Assembly (NCBI RefSeq): GCF_006345805.1
Contig: NW_021824851.1
Span: forward strand, 1-64,000
Source: Octopus sinensis
Taxonomy: Eukaryota
Length of the DNA stretch: 64,000 nt
Reading direction: 5' to 3'
Of this stretch, positions 47,037 to 58,952 are shown in pieces (within the stretch, counting starts at the first letter, position 1; each line of letters opens with the position of its first letter). The notes beneath the pieces were generated by a model that saw only the letters and a program-made list of their open reading frames with translations, made no database searches and was not told the DNA's origin. A program made the position numbers and the translations under genes.

Positions 47037-47290
47037 CATATATACGACAGGCTTCTTTCAGTTTCCGTCTACCAAATCCACTCACAAGGCATTGGTCGGC
47101 CCGGGGCTATAGCAGAAGACACTTGCCCAAGATGCCACGCAGTGGGACTGAACCCGGAACCATGTGGTCGGTTAGCAAGCTACTTACCACACAGCCACTC
47201 CTGCGCCTACATTTGTGAAGAAAAAAAGATGCCAGTCATCAAATTTGATTTTGATTTTGATTTCACTTGCCTCAAGAGGTCTTCGCAACA
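46270..47290 (-). mobile_element. Family E copy interrupted by a two-headed family A SINE (46595-47207)
   Basis: E breaks at CTAGCACAGAT and resumes at AGATGCCAGTCATCAAATTTG. Confidence 0.75.
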
Positions 47291-47429
47291 TGATTAGGCT
47301 TGATACATGCACATACACACACACGTGCACAGGGTGCACAGGGTGCACAGGGTGCACAGGGTGCAGACCCCTATTCATTCACATGATGACTGTCACAGGA
47401 AAAAATAGTATTTTTATTTTTTGAGACTC

Positions 47430-47675
47430 ATCATCATCATCATCATCGTTTAACATCTGCTTTCCATGCTAGCATGGGTTGGACGGTGCAACTGGGGTCT
47501 GCGAAGCCAGAAGGCTGCACCAGGCCCAGTCTGATCTTGCAGTGTTTCTACAGCTGGATGCCCTTCCTAATGCCAACCACTCCGTGAGTGTAGTGGGTGC
47601 TTTTTACGTGCCACCTGCACAGGTGCCAGGCGAGGCTGGCAACGGCCACGATTGGAGTGGTGCATTTTACGTGCC
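47430..47675 (-). mobile_element. Family E copy
   Basis: Diagnostic motifs. Confidence 0.8.
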
Positions 47676-47717
47676 ATCAAATTTAGGTCAGTTTGTCTTG
47701 ATGACATGTTGTCGCAG

Positions 47718-48836
47718 TTACTTGGTGAGTCCACCTTTGGTCTTGATTACAGCCTCCAGGCAACCTTGGAACCAGCCACAAGCCTTTGTTACTATCCCCA
47801 GTTTTAGCCCCTGAAGGCCCTGGTGATCCTGGCCCTCAGCTCAACCTTCATGCTGCAGCTGGATTTATTGGTCTCTCATTCCACTGCAGTCAAGGGGGTT
47901 GCCGTCAGGTGAGTTGTGTGGCCAAATGTCAGGTGTTGTGTGATCAAAGAAATTCTCTGACAACCAGGCCTGAGACTTTGGGCTGGTGTGACAGGGCACA
48001 GATTTTTGCTGCCATGTGTATGGCCTCCTTGCTGTTACCCAATCAAATCCAGGGTTTCACCACCTCATTCAGAACACAGATATAGCTGTAAGGCAGGGAG
48101 CTGGCAGAATCGTTAGCACGTCGGGTGAAATGCTTAGCGCTATTTCATCTGCTGTTACGTTGTGAGTTCAAATTCCGCCGAGGTTACGCACTGGGGTCGA
48201 TGTAATCGACTTAATCCGTTTGTCTGTCCTTGATTGTCCTCTCTGTGTTTAGCCCCTTGTGGGTAGTAAAGAAATAGGTATTTCGTCTGCCGTTACGTTG
48301 TGAGCTCAAATTCCGCCGAGGTCGACTTTACCTTTCATCCTTTCGGGGTCGATAAATTAAGTACCAGTTACGCACTGGGTTCGATGTAATCGACTTAATA
48401 CCTATGTATGTCCTTGTTTGTCCCCTCTATGTTTAGCCCCTTGTGGGTAATAAAGAAATAGATAAAGCTGTAGATGATCAGCCTGACACTCACAGGGAAG
48501 AAGCAGGGTGGCGTGACATCACCTTCACTGAAGACCATGATTGTCGCTGGAAATTTTGTCTGCATGACTCTGGGCATGTCCTTGAGTGAGACAGCACACC
48601 ACCTGTTCTTCTGGGAGTTGATCTTCTGGTCTTGGTAGAAATGCTTCTCATTGGAATAGAACCAAAGCATGTCTGGCTTCAGCGAGTTTTTCAACTTGTA
48701 AATCAGATTCTTGATGTGTTTGAGTCACTTTTCTTACATCATCTTGGACAGAAATTATCTCTTCCTCATCTTATATGTAAAGTAGTGACTGTCCTCATGC
48801 ACCACCTGTCTGACGAGCTTTTTATCCACACCTTTC
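47718..48836 (-). pseudogene. Tc1/mariner DD37D (maT)-like transposase relic, split by a family B dimer (48092-48460)
   Basis: VRQVVHED..YKMRK...LKPDMLWFYSNEK..QDQKINSQKNRW...KFPATIMVF.SEGDVTPP / WQQ.S.PCHTS..SQAWLSENF..WPHNSPDGNPLD / CLEAVIKTKGGLTK*. The SINE TSD is AGCTGTA at 48084 and 48466. Confidence 0.85.
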
Positions 48837-48859
48837 TCTAATGTTGATGATCTCCTAGA

Positions 48860-49310
48860 TTTCTATTTCTTTACTGCCCACAAGGGGCTAAACACAGTGC
48901 GTAACTGGTACTTATTTAATTGACCCCGAAAGGATGAAAGGCAAAGTTGACCTCGGCAAAATTTGAACTCAGAACGTAGCGGCAGACGAAATACCTATTT
49001 CTTTACTACCCACAATGGATTCTCCAATCTCGCAATTTCACTCACGAGTCTTGGGTTGACCTGGTAGTGCTAAGACATTTGCCCAAGATACCTATTTCTT
49101 TACTACCCACAAGGGGCTAAACACGGAGGGGACAAACGGATTAAGTCGATTACATCGACCCCAGTCCATAACTGGTACCTAATTTATCGACCCCGAAAGG
49201 ATGAAAGGCAAAGTCGACCTCGGCGGAATTTGAACTCAGAACGTAACGGCAGACGAAATACGGCTAAGTATTTCGCCCGGTGTGCTAACGTTTCGGCCAG
49301 CTCGCGGCCT
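48860..49310 (-). mobile_element. Family B SINE multimer (partly rearranged)
   Basis: Reverse-complement modules with AAATACC|TATTTCTTT junctions. Confidence 0.78.
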
Positions 49311-49669
49311 TAATTGCCCAAGATACCATCATCATCGTCGTCGTTGTTTAACATCTGCTTTCCATGCTAGCATGGGTTGGACGATTTTGACTGAGGGCTG
49401 GCAAACCAGATGGCTGCACCAGGCTCCAATCTGAATGGATTGTACCAGTAACTGAAAGGTCAATTCTATTTGTGGATTATATTAAGAGTATCCATGTATT
49501 TGGAATACTCGGCCACGTTCCACACTAATTCAACGAATAGACAATAGAATATACTCATTGTCATATCCATCACTTCCATTTCTAACACAAGGTGCTTTTG
49601 TACTCCTATAGTAATGTACTCTTTAAGGTACTCCCACATTAGTGTACTTCTATATTAAGGTACTTGTAT

Positions 49670-50096
49670 CTCTCTTTTCTCTCTTTTACTTGTTTCAGTC
49701 ATTTGACTGCGGCCATGCTGGAGCACCGCCTTTTAGTCGAGCAAATCGACCCCGGGACTTATTCTTTGTAAGCCCAGTACTTATTCTATCGGTCTCTTTT
49801 GCCGAACCGCTAAGTGACGGGGACATAAACACACCAGCATCGGTTGTCAAGCAATGCTAGGAGGACAAACACAGACACGCAAACATACACGCACACATAT
49901 ATATATATATAGATATATACATACATATATACGACGGGCTTCTTTTCCGTTTCTGTCTACCAAATCCACTCACAAGGCTTTGGTCGGCCTGAGGCTATAG
50001 TAGAAGACACTTGCCCAAGGTGCCACGCAGTGGGACTGAACCCGGAACCATGTGGTTGGTAAGCAAGCTACTTACCACACAGCCACTCCTGCGCCT
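49670..50096 (-). mobile_element. Family A SINE flanked by a 113-bp direct repeat
   Basis: 49557-49669 and 50097-50209 are identical except for 3 transitions. Confidence 0.9.
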
Positions 50097-50334
50097 ATTG
50101 TCATATTCATCACTTCCATTTCTAACACAAGGTACTTTTGTACTTCTATAGTAATGTACTCTTTAAGGTACTCCCACATTAGTGTACTTCTATATTAAGG
50201 TACTTGTATATTAACATAATCTTGTATATCTGTACTCTTGTATTAATGCAGTCCTGCATTCAAGCCGTGCTATGGAACCACGGTGTGGACACAAACCTCC
50301 AATTACCTTTAATTATAAACATGCATATTATACA

Positions 50335-50385
50335 TCCTATATATATATATATATATATACATATATACATACATGCATACATGTA

Positions 50386-50432
<47 letters not shown>

Positions 50433-51155
50433 GCATACACGTATATATGTATATAGAGTCTTGGTACAGTGTATTTGTGTGTGTGTCTGTGTGTCTGTGT
50501 CTCTTGGTGTCACAGTGTTTGTCACTGGTTGTTGGTGTCACAGTCTGTGTCTGTGTGTCCAGATGGCAACATTATTGCAGCCATAGAACTTGCCTCGCTA
50601 ATAGTGTCTCTCTCTCTCTCTCGCTCACTCCCCACCTCTTTGCGTGTGTGTGTATGTGTGTGTTTGTATGTATGTAAGTGTGTATATGTATGTATGTGTG
50701 TATGCATGTATGTGTGTATGTATGTGTGTATGCATGTATGTGTGTATGTATGTGTGTGTATATGTATGAATGCGTGTATGTATGTAAGTGTGTATGTGTA
50801 TGTATGTGTGTTTGTATGTATGTGTGTATGCATGTATGTGTGTATGTATGTGTGTATGTATGTGTGTGTGTGTATGTATATATGTAAGTGTGTATGAATG
50901 CATGTGTGTGTGTATGTATGTGTGTGTATGTATGTGTATGTATATATGTATGTGTGTATGTATGTATGTATATGTATATATATGTATGTATGTATGTATG
51001 TATATGTATATATATGTATGTATGTGTGTATGTATGTATATGTGTATGTATGTATATGTATATGTATGTATATGTATATGTATGTATGTATATGTATATA
51101 TATGTATGTATATATATATATATATGTATGTGTGTGTATATATATATATATGTAT
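50335..51155. repeat. Compound (TA)/(TG)/(TATG)n microsatellite field
   Basis: Direct reading of the sequence. Confidence 0.95.
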
Positions 51156-51359
51156 GATGTACCTTCTTTTCTTTGTCTCCCAGTCTTATCCAACCTTGGT
51201 CTCACTCTGTTTCTCTCACATTTTCCAGTTACCCCCCACCCCTTGCCCCTAAACCCCTCCCTCCCCCTTTCTCTCTCTCTCTCTCTCTCTCTCTTTTTCT
51301 CAGATGGATTCTCTTAAAAAAAAAAACAAAAATAAGCAAACAAACAAACAATAAATACC

Positions 51360-52310
51360 ACAGCCATTAACACCACCACCTTCGCCACAACCACAGCAAT
51401 TACTTACAACTACAATCACTACCACCAGTGCTTTGACTACTACCACAACCACTACCACCACCACCATCAACATTATTAGCACCACGATCATCATCGCCAA
51501 CACCTCCACCACCACCACTAACACCACCGCCACTGCCACCATCATCGCCAACACCACCACTACCACCACCGCCACCACCATCATCACCAACACCTCCACC
51601 ACTACCACCACCACCATCATTGCCAACACCTCCACCACTACCACCACTGCCGCCACCATCATCGCCAACACCAACACCACTATTACCACCACCATCATCA
51701 CCAACACCTCCACCACTACCACCACCGCCGCCACCATCATCGCCAACACCACTACCACTATACCACCACCACCATCATCGCCAACACCACCACCGCCACC
51801 ACCATCATCACCAACACCTCCCCACTACCACCACCACCACACCGCCACCACCATCATCACCAACACCTCCACCACTACCACCACCGCCACCACCATCATC
51901 ACCAACACCTCCACCACTACCACCACCGCCGCCACCATCATCGCCAACACCACTACCACTATTACCACCACCATCATCGCCAACACCACCACCGCCACCA
52001 CCATCATCACCAACACCTCCACCACTACCACCACCGCCACCACCATCATCACCAACACCTCCACCACTACCACCACCGCCACCACCATCATTGCCAACAC
52101 CTCCACCACTACCACCACTGCCGCCACCGTCATCGCCAACACCTCCACCACCACCACCATAGCTATTACTGTTGGCATAATCAACAGCAGCACTGCCACC
52201 ATTACCACTACTACTACCATTACTACTACTACTACTACAACTGCTACTAGTACTACTACTACCAGTACCAGCTGCAACACGGCTGCTACTGTTGCTACTG
52301 CTTCTACCCA
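51360..52310. repeat. (ACC/ACT/ATC)-derived minisatellite with a unit of about 42-48 bp
   Basis: The recurrent unit ACCACCATCATCACCAACACCTCCACCACTACCACCACCGCC gives stop-free Thr-rich and Pro-rich frames. Confidence 0.9.
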
Positions 52311-52340
52311 GTAAGACTCTCTCTTCTACTACTGCTGCTA

Positions 52341-52372
<32 letters not shown>

Positions 52373-52478
52373 ACAGAACCGTTCCTGGCTGCTATCGTTC
52401 CACAATCAATATACCAAAGAACCCACTCTCTCTCTCTCTCTCTCTCGCTCTCTCTCTCTCTTGCTCTCTCTCTCTCTC

Positions 52479-52512
<34 letters not shown>

Positions 52513-53039
52513 CTGCTGCCAGTCCGTCAGCCAGTCCGTCAGCCAGTTTTTCCTTTCGGTACATGCCCCACCGCAGCTCATCTCTCTCCGGATGGCTGTA
52601 TGGAATACACAACAACAACGATGGATGGATGGATGGACAGATAGACAGAGCAACAGTTAAACGCCTGGCGTCTACGTCTAGCTCGGGAGTCGACCCAGTG
52701 ACAGCGACTACGACGGACTTTCTCAATGCCTCCCGTCTCGTGGATGAGTGCTTTACATTTCTGAATCTCCATATTGTGTCAGCAGTTCACTCATGGATGT
52801 GCCGTCGTGAGTTTTCACCCCTCGTTCCTCCTCCTCTTCTTCTTTGTTTTTCTTTGTCCTTTTTTTTTTTGGCTGGCATTCATCACCATCACCATCACCA
52901 TCATCACCATCACCATCATCATCATCGTCATTATTATTTTTATGTAAGTTTAAATTCCGCCAAAAACTGGCTTTGCCTCTCCTCTCAGCCTTCTAGGCCC
53001 GATGACACCAGTACCAGTTAAATATTGGGGTTTATGTAA

Positions 53040-53814
53040 TCATTGATTATTATTATTATTAGCAATATTATTATTATTATTATTAGCAATATTATTATTA
53101 TCATTATCATTACTATTATTATCATTACTATTACTATTATTATTATTATTATTGCTGTCATTATTATTATTATTATTAGTAGTAGTAGTAGTAGTAGTAT
53201 GTGGTGATAAAAAGAAGAAAGCCAGCCACAGGTGGTGATAGAAGCAAGGTTCTTGCAAACCAAAGATGCAATTTGGGTTTCAATTTCCAGTGAAAGTTTT
53301 GGCAGCTAAAAACCCCCTAAAAACAACAACAACAACAGCAGTGACAATCATTACTTCCCCATTGTTATTGTTGATCTCACCCCTCCTCCTCTTCCTCCTC
53401 CCCATGCAACAAACCTCTGCTCTCCTCATGCCCACCCCACCTCTCCACACTGTTGCATGTTGCTCTTTTTTTTTTTGCATTTTGCTTTTTCGTGCTGTCC
53501 TCAACACCAAGAGCCCTTGTGGCCAGCAGAAGCAACAATTATCCTCATCATCATCATCATTATTATTATTATTATTATTATGAAGGTGGTGAACTGGCAG
53601 AATCGTTAGCATGCCCGGTGAAATGCTTAGCAGTATTTTTCGTCTGTCACTACGTTCTGGGTTCAAATTCTGCCTTTCATCCTTTTGGGGGTCGATAAAT
53701 TAAATAACAGTGAAACACTGGTGGAGGGGTCAATATAGTTGACTAGTCTTTGCCCCCAAATTTCAGGCCTTGTACCTATAGTAGAAAGAATTCTTCTTCT
53801 TCTTCTTCTTCTTC

Positions 53815-53848
<34 letters not shown>

Positions 53849-53886
53849 CATCATTATTATTATTATAACTCTTATTATTATTATTG

Positions 53887-53926
<40 letters not shown>

Positions 53927-54204
53927 AGCAGCGAGCTGGCTGAATTGCTAGCATGCCGGACGAAAATTCTTTGTGACATTCTGTTTTGTTTTATGTTCCG
54001 AGTTCAAATCCCACCAAAGTCAATTTTTGCTTCCGCCGTCTTGGGAACTATGAAATAAATACCAGTTCTGTACTGGAGTCAATGTAACCAATTACCCACT
54101 CCCCCCCACAATTTCAGGCCTTGTGCCTTTAGTAAAATCATTATTACTATCATTATTATTACTATCATTATTATTATTATTATTATTACTATTATTACTA
54201 CTAC

Positions 54205-54240
<36 letters not shown>

Positions 54241-54327
54241 TACTATTATTACTATTATTATTACTATTATTACTACTATTATCATTACTATTACTATTAT
54301 TACTATTATTATTATTATTATTATTAC

Positions 54328-54359
<32 letters not shown>

Positions 54360-54600
54360 GCAATATTATTATTATTATTATCAATATTATTATTATCATT
54401 ATCAATATTATTATTATTACTACTACTATTATTACTATTATTATTATTATTATTATTACTATTATTACTATTATTATTATTACTATTATTATCATTATTA
54501 CTATTATTATTATTATCATTATTATTATTATTACTATTACTATTATTACTATTATATTATTATTATTACTATTATATTACTATTATATTATATTATTATT
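53040..54600. repeat. (ATT/ACT)n expansions, partly tails of old B-type SINEs (53585-53790 and 53930-54135)
   Basis: Long (TAT)n runs start directly after CAGGCCTTGT..CTATAGTAGAAAG SINE ends. Confidence 0.85.
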
Positions 54601-55714
54601 ATTCGTGTAGTGGTAGTGAATGGCAAAGGTAAAATTGCTGCCAAACGAAATGTGTGTCTTGGGTTGGCAGAACCAGAATGGTGGACAAAATAAATACTTT
54701 GCAGTCTTTTGTTGCTTTGCACTGCAACGTTCCGATATTAAAATCCTGCAGTGGCTGACTTCGTTGCCTGGCATTCTTCTGGCAGACAAAGTACCAGTTA
54801 CGTACTGGGGTCAGTATATATATATATGTGTGTGTTGTGTGTGTGTATATATATATGAGAGACTGTCTGGTACCAGTTACGTACTGGGGTCGGTGTGTAT
54901 ATATATATATGTGTGTGTGTGTATATATATATATATGGAGATAGAGAGAGACTGTTCCTCGTCTGAGAGACAGTCTGGTATCAGTTATGTACTGGGGTCG
55001 GTATATATATGTATATATATGTATATATATATGTGTGTGTGTGTATATATATATATGTAAATATGGAGATACAGAGAGACTGTTCCTCCTCTGAGAGACA
55101 GTCTGGTACCAGTTACATACTGGGGTCGATATACGCACACACACACACACGCACACAGAGTTCCCACCCCACATCCCCTAATCACCCCCACGAAATTTCC
55201 GGACGTTCTGTTGTTTTCATTATTGCCTTCTGTTTTGAGTTCAAATTCCAGCAATGGACGAACTTTGCTACCCCCTCCTCCTTCTCCTCTTCCTCCACTT
55301 TGCCACCACCACCACCACCTCTTTTTTTTCTCAAGGATGGAATTCCGTAATAAATCAAGAATTATCAAACAATACTTTTATTTACTTTTTTATCCTCCTC
55401 CCCCTCCTCTTCGTCCCTTGCAAAAAATCCGAGCTTTTATCAAAATAACTCCTCTTCCTCCTTATCATCATCATCGTCATCATCACCACCATCTTACTAT
55501 TTTTCTTTGTCCATTCTGCTTTGCCTGGCCACAATTTATTCAGATGACAATGGCCCTTACCTGTAATGATCCCTGCCAACAAATGACCCTCTGCTGCTGT
55601 GGCTCTTACCTATGAATTTTGACCCCTCATTAAAAGATTTCTCTTTTTTTATTTGATGTAAAAATCCATTCTATTTTTGTCATTTATTGTTGTTGTTGTT
55701 GTTGTTGTTGTTAA

Positions 55715-56661
55715 GGTGGCAAGCTGGCAGAATCGTTAACACACCAGGCAAAATGCTTAGCAGTATTTCGTCTGTCTTCACGTTCTGAGTTCAAATTCCA
55801 CCAAGGTCTACTTTGCCTTTCATCCTTTCAGGGTCAATAAATTAAGTACCAGTGAAACACTGGGGTCGATATAATCGACTCACCCCCTTCCTAAAAATGG
55901 CTGCTCTTGTGGCAAAATTTGAAACCATTATTATTATTATTATCATTATTATTATTACCATTGTTGTTGTTATTAAGGTGGCAAACTGGCAGAACCATTA
56001 GCACATTCTGAGTTCAAATTCCGCCAAGTTTGACTTTGCCTTTCATCCTATCAGGGTCGATTAAATAAGTACCAGTTAGCCTAGTGGTTAGAGCAGCGGG
56101 CTCGCGGTTGAAGGATCGTGGGTTCGAATCTCAGACCAGGCGATGTGTGTGTTTATGAGTGAAACACCTAAGCTCTATGCGGCTCCAGCAGAAGGTAATG
56201 GCGAACTTCTGCTGACTCTTTCACCACAACTTTCTCTCACTCTTTCCTCCTGTATCTTGCAGCTCACCTGCGACGGACCGGTGTCCCGTCCAGGTGGGGA
56301 ACCTATACGCCAAGGAAACCGAGAAACCGGCCCTTATGAGCCAGGCATGGCTCGAGAAGGAACAAACTGGGGTTGAGGTAATCGACTTCATCCCTTCCCC
56401 CAAATTTAAGGCCTTGTGATTCCAGTAGAAAGAATTATTATTATTAAGGTGGCAAGCTGGCAGAATCATTAGAATGCCAGGTGAAATGCTTAGAAGTATT
56501 TCATCTGCCACTACATTCTGAGTTCAAATTCCACTGAGGTCAACTTTGCCTTTTATCCTTTCAGGGTCGATAAATTAAGTACCAATTGAGTACTGGAATC
56601 AATGTGATTGACTGTCCTTCAACACAGAAAATAGGCCTTGTGTCTATAGTAGAAATGATTA

Positions 56662-56695
<34 letters not shown>

Positions 56696-56970
56696 GGTGG
56701 TGAGGTGGCAGAATTGTTAGCACGCCAAGCGAAATGCTTAGCAGTATTTCATCTGCCATCCTTTCGGGGTCGATAAATTAAGTACCAGTTACGCACTGGG
56801 GTTGATGTAATCAACTTAATCCCTTTGTCTGTCCTTGTTTGTCCCCTCTGTGTTTAGCCCCTTGTGGGCAATAAAGGAATAGGTATTTTGTCTGCCACTA
56901 TGTTCTGAGTTCAAATTCTGCCATGGTTGACTTTGCCTTTTATCCTTTTGGGCTCGATAAATTAAGAACC
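55715..56970 (+). mobile_element. Cluster of B-type SINEs with one C-headed SINE (56080-56370)
   Basis: Repeated GGTGGCAAGCTGGCAG heads and Meta-like centres. Confidence 0.75.
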
Positions 56971-56984
56971 TCTTTCAATCCTTC

Positions 56985-57440
56985 AGGTGCACTTGGCACC
57001 CTTCTGGGTGTTGTGCCACGAGCACCAATCACCATGCGTATAATTGGTGTCTTAGTCTTCCACAGTTTCTTCAGCTCTCTAGCAAGCTCCTGATATTCTT
57101 CACTTTGAAAAGAAAATTTCTTTAGTATCAACTTCTATTTCAGACAATCACAAAACCTATGATCTTACACTGCTTATTTTGTCCTCTCTAATAAACATAT
57201 ATGGTCTTACTACTTCAGTAGTATGGTCTGTCTTTATGGGAAATTCCAAAAGTTCTTGCAGTTCTCATTTTCAGTCACGACCCCTGGTTTAGACTCATAC
57301 CATTTTCCGGTTATTTTGAAGCAAAACACTCAGCTAACAGCCCAATACACTCTTCTACCTACCCAATGTGTCTGTGCTTATACTCCTTTTGTGCTAGTGC
57401 ACTGCACTCACTCAAGAGGTGACTGATACTTTCATCTCCT
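56985..57440 (-). pseudogene. R4/Dong-like (RLE-type) non-LTR retrotransposon C-terminal relic
   Basis: LSECSALAQKEYKHRH...KWYESKP.V.ENE...FW / EYQELARELKKLWKTK....VIGARGT. This is the CCHC-adjacent and restriction-like endonuclease region. Confidence 0.75.
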
Positions 57441-57796
57441 TTCCTACAGATTCCACATTAGTTGTCTGACTGAGTTTCATTGCTCTTTGCCTTTATAAGA
57501 TTCATTTAAATGGCTTGTTCCTAAGCAGTCATAATTAGTTTATTGGTCTCTTGTTTCATGTTCTTGGTAACAAAAGGGTTAAACTCCCAACACTAAACAT
57601 AAAACCACATCACTTCTTTCTCTACTATACTCCCACTCCTTCAATGAGGGCTCTTTTCTCCTTTGATTTATATGGTAACCTCACTAACGTTGGTGTCATG
57701 AAAAAGATATACAGTACTCTTTACAAAGGGACTGTCATATATATATAGACAGGTATGTTCGATTTTTAGTGCCCTCAAATTTAAACTTAACGAAAT

Positions 57797-57879
57797 CTTG
57801 GGCTGATGACAGGAATGTTGGAATAGGTATGTATTTCTAGCATCTCTATATCTAACTGACCCAGAAACGCGTTCTCAAG
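57797..57879 (+). ncRNA. Type-I hammerhead-like motif with a long stem II
   Basis: CTTGGG-CTGATGA-(54 nt containing an ATGTTGGAATA/TATTTCTAGCAT stem)-GAAA-CGCG-TT-CTCAAG. Stem I has 6 bp and stem III is the palindrome ACGCGT. Confidence 0.55.
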
Positions 57880-58149
57880 TAATCGATTTACAAGTGATCT
57901 TTCGTTAGTTTTCCCTCTATGCCTACGTGAATTGTTTTTGAGTATACATTGTCTGGGAGACTCTTCTTATATTAGAGGAAATAGCTAAATTCTTTGGCTG
58001 CTATTTCTAAAAGTTCGGTGTGTGGTAAAGTAAATTTTTTTGCTGAACTCTAATTATATAAAGTAATATATATATATATATATAAAACTTACTGGGAGAA
58101 CAGAAAGGAAACGAAATGAAATGACGCGAGGGCACTCAGTCATGCAATA

Positions 58150-58503
58150 ATATGATAAATAAAATATATGCATACATACATACATATATGTACGTACCTA
58201 CATCTACATGTATATATACATGCATATATAAAATATATATATGTGAGTACAGGACACCACAAATAAACGTAGAACTCAATGAGAAACGAAAACGTAAAAA
58301 CAAACGTGGAAACAGACTTTTTTTCACAACGATAAAAACAGAGTACAAGACAACTACACATTTTCGTTTCTCATTGAGTTCTACGTCTATTTGTGGTGTC
58401 CTGTACTCACGTATATATATTTTATATATGCATGTATATATACATGTAGATGTAGGCACGTACATATATGTATGTATGTATGCATATATTTTATTTATCA
58501 TAT
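58150..58503. repeat. Near-perfect inverted repeat with ~143-bp arms and a 68-bp spacer (Penelope-like)
   Basis: Arms are 58150-58292 and 58361-58503. The ORF track gives almost the same peptide on both strands. Confidence 0.9.
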
Positions 58504-58517
58504 ATATATATATATAT

Positions 58518-58548
<31 letters not shown>

Positions 58549-58952
58549 GAATGGAAATTGCAGATGTGTTACCAGTGCCGGTGGCATGTAAGAGAACCTT
58601 CCGTTTCGCGACCGTTGCCAGCACCACCCCGACTGGCCTCTTGCCGATGGCACATAAAAAGCACCATCCGTTCGTGTCCGTTGCCAGCCTCGCCTGGCCC
58701 TCGTGCCAGTGGCACATAAAAAGCACCATCCATTCATGGCCGTTTGCCAGCTCTGTCTGACACCTGTGCTGGTGGCACGTAAAAAGCACCCACTACACTC
58801 ACGGAGTGGTTGGCATTAGGAAGGGCATCCAGCCGTAGAAACACTGCCAGATTTGACTGGGCCTGATGAAGCCTTCTGGCTTCACAGACCCCAGTAGAAC
58901 CGTCCAACCCATGCTAGCATGGAAAACGGACGCTAAACGATGATGATGATGA
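58549..58952 (+). mobile_element. Family E copy
   Basis: Diagnostic motifs and a (GAT)n tail. Confidence 0.82.
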
